Assembly (NCBI GenBank): GCA_035652355.1
Contig: DASRDY010000170.1
Span: 9,037 to 73,036, forward strand
DNA from: Blastocatellia bacterium
GTDB lineage: Bacteria > Acidobacteriota > Blastocatellia > DASRDY01
DNA length: 64,000 bases
Direction of reading: 5' to 3'
The position numbers and the translations under genes are program-made. The notes under the pieces are model-generated. The model was not told the origin of the DNA, did not search any database, and saw nothing but the letters and a program-made list of their open reading frames with translations. Positions 46,546 to 57,417 of this stretch are shown here, one piece after another. Each line of letters opens with the position of its first letter. Position 1 is the first letter of the stretch.

Positions 46546-49344
46546 TTAATTATTCGACCCCTTCTCTCCGCGAACCTCTCCGATTGCCGCTTTGCCTGGA
46601 TTGAAGGTTTCAGCAGCGATGCGCTTCATATCACTCTTATCAACCAGCTTAATCTGATCGCCAAGAGCATCGACTTGTTCTACAGGGTGTTTGAAGATCG
46701 TCGCTTTCGCGTATTCCAGCGCGTGAAACCGCTGCTGTTGCAGCGCGATATTGTAACGGCTGACCGTCAGGCTCTTTGCCAGATCGAACTGCTGATCGCT
46801 GACATCCTGTGTCGCCAGCTTTTGAAACTCGGCCATAACCTGACCTCGCGCCGCCGATTCATTATCAGGAGTCGATGCTACCGACACAGCAATAGCTCCG
46901 CCCAGGAAACGCGGTCGATCAAACGCGAAACCTGATTGCCCAAGCAAATCTTCGCCAATTTGCTCTCCGATCAAAGTTCGCAATAATAGCAGCGCATTGT
47001 GATCCGCGCTCTCGCCTTTCGGAGCGGGAAATCCGATTATCTGAACTGAATCTTTGCGAACACGCGGCTCGACCATTTCCTTGAATGGCGGAGTCGGGGT
47101 TGGAACTGACGCTTTGAAACTAGTGTCGAGCTCGTTCCTGACAAAACCTTCAGTCATATACCGGCCTACCAAGGCAGAACCGTCGGTATCGCCAACAAGA
47201 ATCGCCAGCGGCAGTTGCCGTTGGATTGTTTTGTTGTACCAGGCTTTGATCGAATCGTCAGTGGCATTTTTTATTACTGTTTCATCACCAAGACGATCTC
47301 GACCGTATGCGTGACTCGGATACATCGAGCGCCAGAACAATTCCATTGATCTCGCCTGACTGTCGTCTCTCTCTCGTTTCATCTCAGCCAGCAACAATGT
47401 TTTTTCTCGCGCGACTGATACTTTGTCAAACTCGGGATGCTCCAGCAATTCAATCATCAGCGGCAGAGCCGATTCTGCATTCCGAGAGAGAACGCTCATG
47501 GTATATCCATAGAAATCGGGCTCGTTGACCTCGTCGATTGTGCCGCCAAGCTGCTCGATCTCAAACGCGACGTTCGGGTGATCTTTTGTGCCTCTCAGCA
47601 TCGTGCGCAGCATCAATTCTGTTATGCCATTGTCGGATGCTGTCTCGGTCAGGCGTCCGCCTTGGAAATAAAAGCCAATTGTCACCGTTTGCTGCGAGTG
47701 ATCTTCGCGGACCAGAACGTGAGGTCCGTGCAGCGTGTCAAAACTCCTCACGGGTTGCGGCGCCAAATCGTAGACGATGCCGGGCGTTCCATTCTGTTTA
47801 TCTTCGCCTTGTGAAAGAGCGGGCATATCCAGCGTGGATTTAGTGTCATTTTTCGTGACCGTTTGACGCGAGCCACCGATCCAGTACTTTACCGTTTCGG
47901 CATAAGCTTCCGCATTCGGGAAAGTCCTCGGCGCGGCATTCTTCGCTTCGTATTCGACAACAGTTGCGCCGCCGACAGTCAAATATTTATTTGCAGCAGC
48001 GGCGATATCATCGGCCGAGACCGCTCGAATTTTTGATATGTAGGACAAAGCGTTTTTGTAATCGCCGGTCATTGCCTGGAAATAAGCCATGACCCTGGCT
48101 TGACCTTCAACTGTTGCCCAGGAATCGATGAACTGTTTTTCCAGGTAAAGTTGAGCGCGCTGCAACTCGCCGGTTGAAACCTGCGCACGGCGTAGTTTTT
48201 CAACTTCACCAAAGTATGCTGCTTCACCATCGTCGATTTTGTCAGGCTCGATTTGAAGCTGTACAGTCAGGCACCCCGCATCAATGCTCGATGCATAATC
48301 GGCGGTTGCCGCCGTTATTAGTCCCCTCGAAAACAGGGTAGATCTATTCAACCACGACCCATATCCTTTGCCGATCAGCGAAGCCAATACATCAACGGCT
48401 GCGGCCTCAGGGCTCTTCAGGTCAGGAACACGGTAACTGATATCAACTATAGACTGGTTGTAGTCGCCTCGATCATAAAAATAGCGTAGATCCGTTTGTT
48501 GCGGGGTTTTTGATGGTTCACTGCCTCCTGCCGCCAGCGTTCCAAACAATTGCCGAGCTCGCTGCAAAATGGCGGATGTGCGGACTGCACCTGCGATGCT
48601 GATGACGATATTGCCAGGTCGATAATTAGCTTTGAAGAAATTATTTACCTGATCTGTTGTTGCTGATTTGATTGATTCGCTTGGATCGGTGGCTGATGGT
48701 TTTGCCTGACCCTGAAGCGAAATTGCTTGCGCTTTCAACGTGGCATGTCGCACTTGATTGTCGTCATAATATCGCAGTTGAGCAACCGTTGTTGTTATGG
48801 CCTTCTTAAGCTCTGCGCCATCGAAGACCGGATGCGAGAGCATCTCTGCCTGATTCGCAAGCGCTGCGTCCAGTTTTTGCGAAGGCACTGTGACGCCGAA
48901 CACTGTTCCTGACACATTTGTTTCCGCCGAAAAGGTACCTCCCAAACCATCGATTCCGCCACTGTTGTTTGTGCTGGTGCGATAAAGCAGATTCGTCGTC
49001 AGCGTCGCGATTCCTTTTGAATTATCGTCTTCCTGGAGCGGTCCGGCTTTAACATAGGTAACAACAGAAGCGAGTGGAACGGCCTGCGCCTCGCGAATAA
49101 CGATTGTGATTCCGTTCTTCAGAATGAACCGTGAGTTTATGCCATCGCCTTCCTGTTTCACGATTCTGCCGCCTTCGGGTATGGGACCGATGTTGGGTTG
49201 TTGCGGCGTCGGAGTTTTATCTTCTGATTTTTCCGGTTCGGCTTTTCGCCCGCGTCCGCTTTGCGCAAGTGTGGCGCTGTTTATATATAGGCTGCTGAAA
49301 ATAAGATTTATTAGAATGAGGATGACTTTGACAGTCTTATTCAT
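46546..49344 (-). CDS. Secreted M16 (pitrilysin/insulinase) family peptidase-like protein, with the two-module duplicated architecture
   Basis: Signal peptide. A 932 aa two-domain organisation with M16-like segments (e.g. LMLRTMLRGTKDHPNVAFEIEQLGGTIDE). An HxxEH active-site motif was not clearly located. Confidence 0.6.
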   Translation of the reverse strand: MNKTVKVILILINLIFSSLYINSATLAQSGRGRKAEPEKSEDKTPTPQQPNIGPIPEGGRIVKQEGDGINSRFILKNGITIVIREAQAVPLASVVTYVKAGPLQEDDNSKGIATLTTNLLYRTSTNNSGGIDGLGGTFSAETNVSGTVFGVTVPSQKLDAALANQAEMLSHPVFDGAELKKAITTTVAQLRYYDDNQVRHATLKAQAISLQGQAKPSATDPSESIKSATTDQVNNFFKANYRPGNIVISIAGAVRTSAILQRARQLFGTLAAGGSEPSKTPQQTDLRYFYDRGDYNQSIVDISYRVPDLKSPEAAAVDVLASLIGKGYGSWLNRSTLFSRGLITAATADYASSIDAGCLTVQLQIEPDKIDDGEAAYFGEVEKLRRAQVSTGELQRAQLYLEKQFIDSWATVEGQARVMAYFQAMTGDYKNALSYISKIRAVSADDIAAAANKYLTVGGATVVEYEAKNAAPRTFPNAEAYAETVKYWIGGSRQTVTKNDTKSTLDMPALSQGEDKQNGTPGIVYDLAPQPVRSFDTLHGPHVLVREDHSQQTVTIGFYFQGGRLTETASDNGITELMLRTMLRGTKDHPNVAFEIEQLGGTIDEVNEPDFYGYTMSVLSRNAESALPLMIELLEHPEFDKVSVAREKTLLLAEMKRERDDSQARSMELFWRSMYPSHAYGRDRLGDETVIKNATDDSIKAWYNKTIQRQLPLAILVGDTDGSALVGRYMTEGFVRNELDTSFKASVPTPTPPFKEMVEPRVRKDSVQIIGFPAPKGESADHNALLLLRTLIGEQIGEDLLGQSGFAFDRPRFLGGAIAVSVASTPDNESAARGQVMAEFQKLATQDVSDQQFDLAKSLTVSRYNIALQQQRFHALEYAKATIFKHPVEQVDALGDQIKLVDKSDMKRIAAETFNPGKAAIGEVRGEKGSNN

Positions 49345-49844
49345 GAATGCTCGCTCTCATCACCTGGCCTGATTTACGTGCGTATCAAAAGTGTAGCAAG
49401 TGAGGCTGTCAGAGGGAAGAAATCGCACCTGCTCTATAGCCAAATAAGATTGGTGAGTCCAATGAGAAAGATTCGCAACCGAGGAGACAGAGAGCATAGA
49501 GGAAAGACATTCTAAATCTTCGTGTGCTCTGAGTCCCGATAACGAATCAGCTATCTTCCCATTGAATGGCTGCACCCCCGCTTCTGCGCGCTTCCACCTA
49601 GCCGTGACATTAATGTCTTAAGCCGGTTACGGTGGCAAAAGCGCCACAATCCGACAGTACCGTTGCGAGCGCCACGAAAGGGTAAAATGCCGCTAAGAAC
49701 CTTACGTCATAGCAATTGCGTGATGCGGTTGCATAACACTAATCTGGCATATATATTGCACCTATCCCTATGATAGTTCGCGAGTTATACACGATTTAGA
49801 AGCTGAAACCGTTCTTTTTTCATCTGTGCGCGTGGTTCAGCAGA

Positions 49845-50612
49845 GTGGCTTTGCGAGCGAATATTACAGACATGGAAAGGCTAAAGCTAACACCATTAAC
49901 TGGCCTTTTGCTGATACTGCTTATCAGCGGTCTAACGTTCTATGCCTGTCATCGGGAACAGCCACGACGCGTTGAACCGTCCAATAAGGACGTTAATAAA
50001 GAGAAGCCGGTAACCCCACTGGATAAAGAGCATCAGGTTCAGCTGCTTAAGAATGCCCACGCCGCCGCAAACTCAATTCTCAACAGTCTGGAGGGCGATG
50101 ATTACGACGGAGCGCTCCAGCAATTGGAACCGCTGCAATCGGCTGCAAAGAATCTTCCCAGTCCGCAGTTGAATCATCCCGACATTAACCCGGACCTTGG
50201 GGACTTGTTTCAGCTCTACGTCGTTCAACTTGAAAGAAGCTTGAACAACGAAGACAAGGCCAGTGCTCGATTCGAAGCGACCTGGTTGTATGGCATTTCC
50301 GGCGATTTCCTGAGTCGATTACAGGTCGGCGAACCCCCTGATCTGGAACGGTTTATCTTGTTAACGCGTGAGTTTAGCATCTGGGCGGACAGTCGCGACG
50401 AAGAGATGCTGGAAATTCGCGCGACAGCGATCCGCAATGCATGGAATGATCTGCGACGTTCGATCATCCAGAAGCGCAATGCTCAGGCTACCGCAGAATT
50501 TGATGGGATCAGCCAGCAATTGGAACAGGCGGGTTCCATTGATGATTACATTAATCTGGTCCAACCTATGCACGATGCGACCGATCATATTGAAGAGCTC
50601 TTCCGCCAATAA
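49845..50612 (+). CDS. Hypothetical membrane-anchored/secreted protein
   Basis: An N-terminal TM helix. The remainder is helical and Q/L/E-rich. Confidence 0.35.
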   Translation: MALRANITDMERLKLTPLTGLLLILLISGLTFYACHREQPRRVEPSNKDVNKEKPVTPLDKEHQVQLLKNAHAAANSILNSLEGDDYDGALQQLEPLQSAAKNLPSPQLNHPDINPDLGDLFQLYVVQLERSLNNEDKASARFEATWLYGISGDFLSRLQVGEPPDLERFILLTREFSIWADSRDEEMLEIRATAIRNAWNDLRRSIIQKRNAQATAEFDGISQQLEQAGSIDDYINLVQPMHDATDHIEELFRQ

Positions 50613-50654
50613 CCTGAATCCGACGACAAAGCTGTGGTACTATTTGGCGCACGT

Positions 50655-50752
50655 GGAGGTGCGGGGGTTCTGGTGAATCTCGCGGGCTTCAAACCCGTTG
50701 CGCCCTGACGAGAGTTGGGGTGGGTCGGTTCGATTCCGACACGCCTCCGCCA
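50655..50752 (+). tRNA. selC: tRNA-Sec (selenocysteine tRNA, anticodon UCA)
   Basis: 98 nt. The extended acceptor stem GGAGGTG(C)/(A)CGCCTCC has a T:G wobble at position 6. The anticodon loop is CTTCAAA (UCA). A long variable arm is present. The T-arm is GTCGG-TTCGATT-CCGAC. Discriminator G followed by CCA is encoded, the same 3' pattern as E. coli selC. Confidence 0.7.
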
Positions 50753-51071
50753 TCAGGTTTGCTCAAATCATCGGATTTGGCCAACTGGTGTCACACCGGT
50801 CACGGTTCAATAACTGCTTTGTTCCCTGTTATTAAGGCTGTGACACCTGGTGTGACACGGACGTCAGACGGCCAAAACTTCGACTACTGATGTCACAGTT
50901 TTTTGATCCTGCGGTAACAAATCATTCATGATGGCCGGCGGAGGTTTGGGGCTTACGACTAAACTGGTTTGCTAGCCAAATCCTCCCTTGTCAGGTTTGT
51001 TACATGCTTGTAAGATAACCGTTTGCTTATAAACAACCTATCGATATAGTGAATCAGGAGAGTAAGTCCTA

Positions 51072-51947
51072 ATGGTAAAGGCAACGATCGGCGTTATCGG
51101 CGGCAGTGGTCTGTACGCGATGGCTGACCTGAAGGATGTCGAAGAGGTGTCAGTCGACACACCGTTCGGGAAACCGTCTGACAGTTTCATAATAGGGACC
51201 TTGGACGGCGTCAGAGTAGCCTTTCTTCCTCGTCATGGTCGTGGACATCGCTTGCTACCGACGGAACTGCCATTCCGTGCAAATATTTACGGAATGAAAC
51301 AATTGGGCGTGGAGCGCATCCTATCCGCCAGCGCGGTCGGCTCTCTGAACGAAAATCATAAACCACTGGACATCACGATCCCTGATCAATTTATAGACCG
51401 AACTCGCGGCAGACAAAAGGAATCGACATTTTTCGGAGACGGACTGGTTGCGCACATTGCCTTTGCGAATCCTGTCTGTCACGAACTGGGTGATGCACTT
51501 GAAGAAGCGGGCAAGTCGCTGAATACGGTGACAATCCATCGCGGCGGCACTTATGTTTGTATGGAAGGTCCCGCTTTTTCAACCAAGGCGGAATCGAATC
51601 TATATCGGTCGTGGGGCGCCGATTTGATCGGTATGACCAATCTGCAGGAAGCAAAGCTGGCGCGCGAAGCAGAGATCTGTTATGCCACGCTGGCGCTTGT
51701 CACTGATTTCGACTGCTGGCATCCGGATCACGATTCGGTAACCGTTGAGATGGTTATCAGCAACCTGGTTCAGAATTCAAGCAATGCTCAGAAAATAATC
51801 AAAGGAGCAATTAAGCGGATCTCTGAGCGTGAGGCTTCTTGTAAGTGTCAATCCGCTCTAAAACACGCTATCATGACGCAGGCGAAGGATATACCGCCGA
51901 CGACAAAAGAGAGGCTTTCAGCCATAGTCGGCAAATACCTGCAGTAA
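51072..51947 (+). CDS. mtnP: S-methyl-5'-thioadenosine phosphorylase (PNP/MTAP family 2)
   Basis: The sequence reads [10 protein letters not shown]...[42 protein letters not shown]. Confidence 0.8.
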   Translation: MVKATIGVIGGSGLYAMADLKDVEEVSVDTPFGKPSDSFIIGTLDGVRVAFLPRHGRGHRLLPTELPFRANIYGMKQLGVERILSASAVGSLNENHKPLDITIPDQFIDRTRGRQKESTFFGDGLVAHIAFANPVCHELGDALEEAGKSLNTVTIHRGGTYVCMEGPAFSTKAESNLYRSWGADLIGMTNLQEAKLAREAEICYATLALVTDFDCWHPDHDSVTVEMVISNLVQNSSNAQKIIKGAIKRISEREASCKCQSALKHAIMTQAKDIPPTTKERLSAIVGKYLQ

Positions 51948-51965
51948 CCAATAGGAGATTGTCGA

Positions 51966-52406
51966 ATGCGAAAGACGAAAGCTGTCTCTGCGTTTCTCGC
52001 GTTAGTATTCAGTTTGTGTCTGGCTGGAAGTGCCATGGCGCAAGTTGGCTCCGGTCCAAAATCGCCGCCACGCGACCCAGAATTAGAGAAGAGCTCGAAG
52101 ACAAACCTGGAGGCCGGCGAGTTTTACATCAAGAATCGAAAAGCGTACAAGGCCGGCATCGATCGTTTGGAAGAGGTTGTAGCGACTTATCCCGAATACT
52201 CAAGAATGGATTTGGTCTATTACTGGTTGGGGATTGCCTACACCGGTCTTTCAAACCAGGCCGAAAAGGCTAACAAAAAAGATGAGGCCGCCAAGAATCG
52301 CGCCGTAGCTGTTAAGTACTACAAGCAATTGTTGAAGGAATTTCCTGAGGGCGAATTGACTGCGGATACCAAAAAGGCGCTGAAGGCTCTTGGAGAGGAA
52401 AACTGA
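51966..52406 (+). CDS. TPR-like lipoprotein (YbgF/BamD-like)
   Basis: Signal peptide with LAGSAMA. TPR-like helices are present (YYWLGIAYTGL). Confidence 0.5.
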   Translation: MRKTKAVSAFLALVFSLCLAGSAMAQVGSGPKSPPRDPELEKSSKTNLEAGEFYIKNRKAYKAGIDRLEEVVATYPEYSRMDLVYYWLGIAYTGLSNQAEKANKKDEAAKNRAVAVKYYKQLLKEFPEGELTADTKKALKALGEEN

Positions 52407-52445
52407 ATCGGAGACACAAAGAAGGACGCGGAGAGTCGGGGAAAC

Positions 52446-52511
52446 GGAGACGCGGAGAAAGACAACCATTCCCCGCGTCACCGTGTCCCCGTATCTCCGC
52501 GTCTTTTTTTA
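52446..52511 (+). terminator. Rho-independent terminator (stem GGAGACGCGGAGA...TCTCCGCGTCT + TTTTTTT)
   Basis: An inverted repeat with a T7 run after the lipoprotein gene. Confidence 0.5.
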
Positions 52512-52529
52512 TAAAAGGGGGATTGATAA

Positions 52530-53465
52530 ATGTCGGTTTTGGTCGTGGGGTCGGTTGCTTTTGACGCTGTGAAAACGCCGTTTGGCGAGCGCACAAAGGC
52601 ATTGGGAGGAGCCGCTACTTATTTTTCACTGGCAGCTTCGTTTTTCACAAAAGTCAAAGTGATCGCGGTTGTTGGAAATGACTTTACCGACAAAGAACGT
52701 TCGGTCTTTCTCGAGCGCGACATAGACATCTCGGAAATGCAGCATGTTCCGGATGGCAAAACGTTTTTCTGGAAAGGTGAGTACGGATACGACCTGAATA
52801 CCGCACACACGCTGGATACCCAGTTAAATGTATTCGGCGATTTCAACCCCGCTCTTTCTGAAGATGCGCGTAAAACTCCTTACGTATTCCTTGGCAATAT
52901 TCTTCCCGGGCTGCAACAAACAGTACGAGAGCAAATGATCAATCCCCGACTTGTTGCACTGGACACAATGAACTACTGGATCGAAAACCAGCGTGATGCT
53001 TTGCTGGAAACTTTGCGCGGAATCGATATGCTGTTAATCAACGATGCCGAGGCGCGCGAGCTTGGCGGCAGCTCAAATCTGATTCGGGCAGCGCGCAGCA
53101 TCCTGAACATGGGACCAAAAACGCTGATCGTAAAGCGCGGTGAATACGGCGCGGCGATGTTCCGCGACGGATCGTACTTTGCAATGCCAGCTTACCCGTG
53201 CGAAGACGTAGTTGATCCGACCGGTGCCGGCGACACTTTTGCCGGCGGATTTATCGGTTATCTGGGCGCCACGGATAATCCAGACGAAGCTGCAATCAGG
53301 CGCGCCATTATTTATGGATCCGTCATGGCGTCATTTACCGTTGAAGATTTCAGTTGCGATCGTCTGCGCCAGTTGAATCCGAAAGAGATCAACCAGCGAT
53401 TCCGCGAATTCAAAAAGATCACCCATTTCGAAGAGTTGGAATTCGCGCATACGGTTTCGGCCTGA
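52530..53465 (+). CDS. PfkB-family carbohydrate/nucleoside kinase (ribokinase-like)
   Basis: The C-terminal signature is DPTGAGDTFAGGFIGYL. It has an N-terminal GG-type phosphate-binding region. Confidence 0.8.
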   Translation: MSVLVVGSVAFDAVKTPFGERTKALGGAATYFSLAASFFTKVKVIAVVGNDFTDKERSVFLERDIDISEMQHVPDGKTFFWKGEYGYDLNTAHTLDTQLNVFGDFNPALSEDARKTPYVFLGNILPGLQQTVREQMINPRLVALDTMNYWIENQRDALLETLRGIDMLLINDAEARELGGSSNLIRAARSILNMGPKTLIVKRGEYGAAMFRDGSYFAMPAYPCEDVVDPTGAGDTFAGGFIGYLGATDNPDEAAIRRAIIYGSVMASFTVEDFSCDRLRQLNPKEINQRFREFKKITHFEELEFAHTVSA

Positions 53466-53475
53466 AGCGCCCCAT

Positions 53476-54318
53476 ATGCATTTCTGCAAACTACACGGTT
53501 GCGGCAACGATTATCTTGTCATCGAAGAATCAGAATGTCGCGACCGTGATCTGTCTGCACTTGCTCGCGCGATTTGCGACAGACATTTCGGCGTTGGATC
53601 GGACGGAATAGCGATCGTTAGGTCAGAAGATTCATCGAAAGAATATAACGTCCGAATCTTTAATCCCGACGGCAGTGAAGCGGAAGTCTCCGGTAACGGT
53701 ACCCGGTGTGTCGCTGGGTATCTTTACTTCTCAAACCAGCAGCATGAACCAATCTTGCGTCTGCGCACGTTGTCAGGGGTAAAGATCTTTCGATTGATCG
53801 AGTGGGACAATTTGCGATATGTGTTTGAGACCGACATGGGCTCTCCTCACTTGAATCCAAAAGAGATCCCGATCAAGGTAAACAGCGATGGTCCGGTGAT
53901 CGGGTACGATTTAAAAGTCGGCGAAAAAACGATTCAAATCACATCCCTGTCAATGGGAAATCCGCATTGCACCCTGTTTGTTGAAAACTTGAATGGGATC
54001 GATATAGAGCACATCGGAAAACGCATAGAATCGCACCCGCTGTTTCCGAATAGAACTAACGTGGAATTTGTTCAGGTAATAGATCGCAACAATATCGAAG
54101 CCAGGTTTTACGAGCGCGGGGCAGGAATGACATTATCCTCGGGATCAAGTTCCTGCGCTGCTGCTGTTGCTTCCATTCTTAATGGATTCACCGACAGGAG
54201 AGTGCATGTTCATACGGCTGCTGGTATGCTAGTTGTCGAATGGCAAGAAGACGGTTCGGTAAAGTTGACCGGACCGGCCGAAGTTGTTTATGAAGGTAAT
54301 TGGCTTTCCAAAAGCTGA
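53476..54318 (+). CDS. dapF: Diaminopimelate epimerase
   Basis: The N-terminal motif is FCKLHGCGNDYLVIEE. A second active-site Cys region is present. The length fits. Confidence 0.85.
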   Translation: MHFCKLHGCGNDYLVIEESECRDRDLSALARAICDRHFGVGSDGIAIVRSEDSSKEYNVRIFNPDGSEAEVSGNGTRCVAGYLYFSNQQHEPILRLRTLSGVKIFRLIEWDNLRYVFETDMGSPHLNPKEIPIKVNSDGPVIGYDLKVGEKTIQITSLSMGNPHCTLFVENLNGIDIEHIGKRIESHPLFPNRTNVEFVQVIDRNNIEARFYERGAGMTLSSGSSSCAAAVASILNGFTDRRVHVHTAAGMLVVEWQEDGSVKLTGPAEVVYEGNWLSKS

Positions 54319-54342
54319 ATAGCGAAAATAAACGGAGATCAA

Positions 54343-54720
54343 ATGTACTGTCCAAATTGCGAAGCTGAATATCAAAGCGGAATAACAACCTGCAAAGACT
54401 GCGGAATCCCATTGGTTGAAAAGCTGACGCCATCAACAACGATTCACGATCACAGCAATGCGACGATGGTGCCGCTGGCGTCGTTCAAATTCCCGGGCGA
54501 AGCGCAAATGCTGGAGGAATTGCTGCAGAAAAACAACATCAGGTCATTTGTGCAGGGCGCAACAGATACGATAGCGATTCCCAGCGGATTCAGCGAGGTT
54601 TCGGTTTTTGTCGACGAACGCGATTTGGAAAAAGCCAACGAGTTGTACCAGGAGTTTTTCGAAGCAGAGATCGATATGCCTGATGGCGATGACGACGACG
54701 AGGAGGAAGAATCGTCTTAG
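54343..54720 (+). CDS. Zinc-ribbon protein with a DUF2007-like domain and an acidic tail
   Basis: The sequence reads MYCPNCEAEYQSGITTCKDCG. The C-terminus is DGDDDDEEEESS. Confidence 0.4.
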   Translation: MYCPNCEAEYQSGITTCKDCGIPLVEKLTPSTTIHDHSNATMVPLASFKFPGEAQMLEELLQKNNIRSFVQGATDTIAIPSGFSEVSVFVDERDLEKANELYQEFFEAEIDMPDGDDDDEEEESS

Positions 54721-54756
54721 GCTGTAGTTAAATCCGTTACGGTGTCGAGCTAATCC

Positions 54757-55086
54757 ATGGCCGAAGAAATAGTCGTTTTAGTGACCATAAACGAACTCGA
54801 AGAGGCGCGCAAACTTGCGGAAGAGCTGGTGCAGAATCGATTGATTGCATGCGCGAATATCATTTCGGGAGTCGATACCATCTACAGGTGGAAGGACGAG
54901 ATTCAGCGCGACCGCGAAGTTATGATAATCCTGAAGACCACTCGCGAACTGTTTGCAAAGGTCGAAGAAGTGGTTAAAGAGCTTCACAGTTATGAATTGC
55001 CGGAAGTTATAGCTCTGCCGATCGCGGAAGGGTCTGAGGAATATCTTCAGTGGCTCAGATCCTCGCTAAGCAAAGAGACGCCGTAA
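54757..55086 (+). CDS. cutA: Divalent-cation tolerance protein CutA
   Basis: The pattern VLVTINELEEARKLAEELVQNRLIACANIISGVDTIYRWKDEIQRDREVMIILKTT is CutA1 family. Confidence 0.8.
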   Translation: MAEEIVVLVTINELEEARKLAEELVQNRLIACANIISGVDTIYRWKDEIQRDREVMIILKTTRELFAKVEEVVKELHSYELPEVIALPIAEGSEEYLQWLRSSLSKETP

Positions 55087-55096
55087 ATAAAGAGAC

Positions 55097-56140
55097 ATGA
55101 TAGAACCTTCGTATTTAAGACTTTATCAATCAGGCGAGTTGAAGCGTCGCGTCGATCGACTCGAAGCAATGCTTGAAAGTTGTGATATCTGCCCGCGCGA
55201 TTGCCATGTCAATCGTCTGAAGGACGAAGTGGCGATCTGTTATTCAGGTTATCTGCCTGTGGTCTCCAGTTACACGCCCCATTTTGGTGAAGAGCCAGCG
55301 CTCTCCGGAACCCATGGCGCCGGAAATATATTCATGGGATTGTGCAATCTTCGCTGCGTCTATTGCCAGAATTTTCAGATCAGCCAGAATTTTAAAACCG
55401 AACGTCAGAACGAAGTCAGCTTTGAGCGATTGGCAGAGATGATGTTGGAACTTCAGGCTCAAGGCTGCCATAACATCAACTTCGTTTCGCCAACTCATTT
55501 TGCTTCCCAGATTATTAAGTCAGTTTATCTTGCAGTTGAACGTGGACTGCGACTGCCGATCGTTTACAACACAAATGCTTACGATTCGGTTGAAGTTCTG
55601 AAACTTTTAGACGGCATTGTCGACGTTTATCTGCCCGATTTGAAATACAGCGAAGAATCGGCGGGCAAGGAATATTCGAAGGTTCCCGATTATGTAGAAC
55701 GCGCTCGGGCGGCGATCAAAGAGATGTATCGCCAAATGGCCGAAAATCTTGTGTTTGATGAAAACGGATTATTAAAACGCGGGCTCGTCATTCGTCTGCT
55801 GGTGCTTCCAAACGATATTGCGGGAATCGAGGAATCGCTTCAGTTCATTCATGACGAGTTGTCGCCGAAAGTTGCGCTTAGCTTAATGGCGCAGTATTAC
55901 CCGACAAACAAAGTTACGGATGAGCGATATGTCCTGATCAGTCGCCGAATACGCGACCGCGAATGGATTCGAGCGGTCGAAGCAGCCGAAGCTCTGGGAA
56001 TGAAAGAGGGCTGGCAACAGGAGCTGGAGACGGCGTCAGAGTATTACCGACCGGACTTTACGCACCGCGAGCAACCGTTCAAAGACATTTCTGATTTCAA
56101 AGGGAAACTACCTGTTATTGGCAAACCATTATCTGTCTAA
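55097..56140 (+). CDS. Radical SAM protein (PflA-like activating enzyme fold)
   Basis: The CxxxCxxC motif reads [10 protein letters not shown]. It is preceded by a Cys-rich N-terminal segment. Confidence 0.75.
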   Translation: MIEPSYLRLYQSGELKRRVDRLEAMLESCDICPRDCHVNRLKDEVAICYSGYLPVVSSYTPHFGEEPALSGTHGAGNIFMGLCNLRCVYCQNFQISQNFKTERQNEVSFERLAEMMLELQAQGCHNINFVSPTHFASQIIKSVYLAVERGLRLPIVYNTNAYDSVEVLKLLDGIVDVYLPDLKYSEESAGKEYSKVPDYVERARAAIKEMYRQMAENLVFDENGLLKRGLVIRLLVLPNDIAGIEESLQFIHDELSPKVALSLMAQYYPTNKVTDERYVLISRRIRDREWIRAVEAAEALGMKEGWQQELETASEYYRPDFTHREQPFKDISDFKGKLPVIGKPLSV

Positions 56141-56162
56141 ATAATTTTTACCAAACAAAGGC

Positions 56163-57239
56163 GTGAGCAATCCTTCTCTCATCAACTCTGCCACTTCAAG
56201 CAATGGTGATCGTACGCTGCTCAGTATCCGAAATCTTACGAAGCATTTTTCCGTCGGCAGTAGTGTGCTTGGCGGAAGCGAAGCCGTCGTTAAGGCAGTA
56301 GACGGTGTTTCTTTGTCTATTAACAAAGGTGAGACATTCGGTCTGGTTGGCGAGTCAGGATGCGGTAAAACAACAGTGGGTCGCTGTGTCCTCAGACTCA
56401 TTGAGCCTACTTCAGGCGGGATTCATTTCGATGGTGTCGATCTGTTGAAATTGAATACCCGTGAGTTGCGCGAAAAACGCCGCGACATGCAGATCATTTT
56501 CCAGGATCCGTTCGCTTCGTTGAATCCGCGAATGACCATCGGACAAATCGTCGGAGAACCGTTGATCATTCATTCGATGAATGAAGACAGCTCAAGCAAT
56601 CCGTTGCGGGCTGTTGCCAGAGTAACTGGACTCGATTCTCTGGTTCAAACTAAACAACAAAAAGAACGCGTCGCAGAGCTTTTGCGGGTTGTAGGTTTAC
56701 AGCCTGAATACGCTAAACGCTATCCGCACGAATTTTCCGGCGGGCAGCGACAAAGAATCGGCATAGCTCGTGCACTGGCGCTGAATCCAAAGCTGATAGT
56801 CGCGGATGAGCCCGTTTCCGCGCTCGACGTCTCGATTCAGGCACAGGTGGTAAACCTGTTACAGGATCTTCAGCAGCAGTTTGGACTGACCTATCTTTTT
56901 ATTTCGCATGGATTGGCAGTTGTCGAGCACATATCGACAAGAGTCGGCGTTATGTATTTAGGCAAACTGGTCGAGGTCGCCCCGGCAGAAGAGATTTATC
57001 GCAATCCTTTGCATCCATATACACAGGCCTTACTATCGAGCATTCCGCTTCCCGATCCGGACGCAAAGAGAGAGAGGATTCATTTGTCGGGTGACGTGCC
57101 GACGCCGATCAATCCCCCGACGGGATGTCGATTCAATACCAGATGCCCGCAGGTGATGGAGGAATGCCGAAGAGAAGAACCGCAACTGATCACGATTGGT
57201 AAAGATCATCAAGTCGCCTGTTACCTGCATAAATCCTGA
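56163..57239 (+). CDS. ABC transporter ATP-binding protein, oligopeptide/dipeptide (OppF/DppF) type, with a C-terminal oligopeptide-transporter domain. It has no adjacent permease genes.
   Basis: Walker [10 protein letters not shown]. The signature is [14 protein letters not shown]. Walker B is [14 protein letters not shown]-terminal Cys cluster is present. Confidence 0.85.
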   Translation: MSNPSLINSATSSNGDRTLLSIRNLTKHFSVGSSVLGGSEAVVKAVDGVSLSINKGETFGLVGESGCGKTTVGRCVLRLIEPTSGGIHFDGVDLLKLNTRELREKRRDMQIIFQDPFASLNPRMTIGQIVGEPLIIHSMNEDSSSNPLRAVARVTGLDSLVQTKQQKERVAELLRVVGLQPEYAKRYPHEFSGGQRQRIGIARALALNPKLIVADEPVSALDVSIQAQVVNLLQDLQQQFGLTYLFISHGLAVVEHISTRVGVMYLGKLVEVAPAEEIYRNPLHPYTQALLSSIPLPDPDAKRERIHLSGDVPTPINPPTGCRFNTRCPQVMEECRREEPQLITIGKDHQVACYLHKS

Positions 57240-57417
57240 CGCGAGATAACCATCGGGGAACGCAAAACAGCGCATCACTCGGGCAAATTGTGTTAGTATT
57301 CCTGGCAGCGTCCAGGATACTTGTGATTGTCGGATTTTCAGAACAAATGGCGGTTCGTCGTCGTTTGAGTCATTTGCCATCAGTTGAATCACAGTCTTAA
57401 TCAATCAGGAGCGAGAT

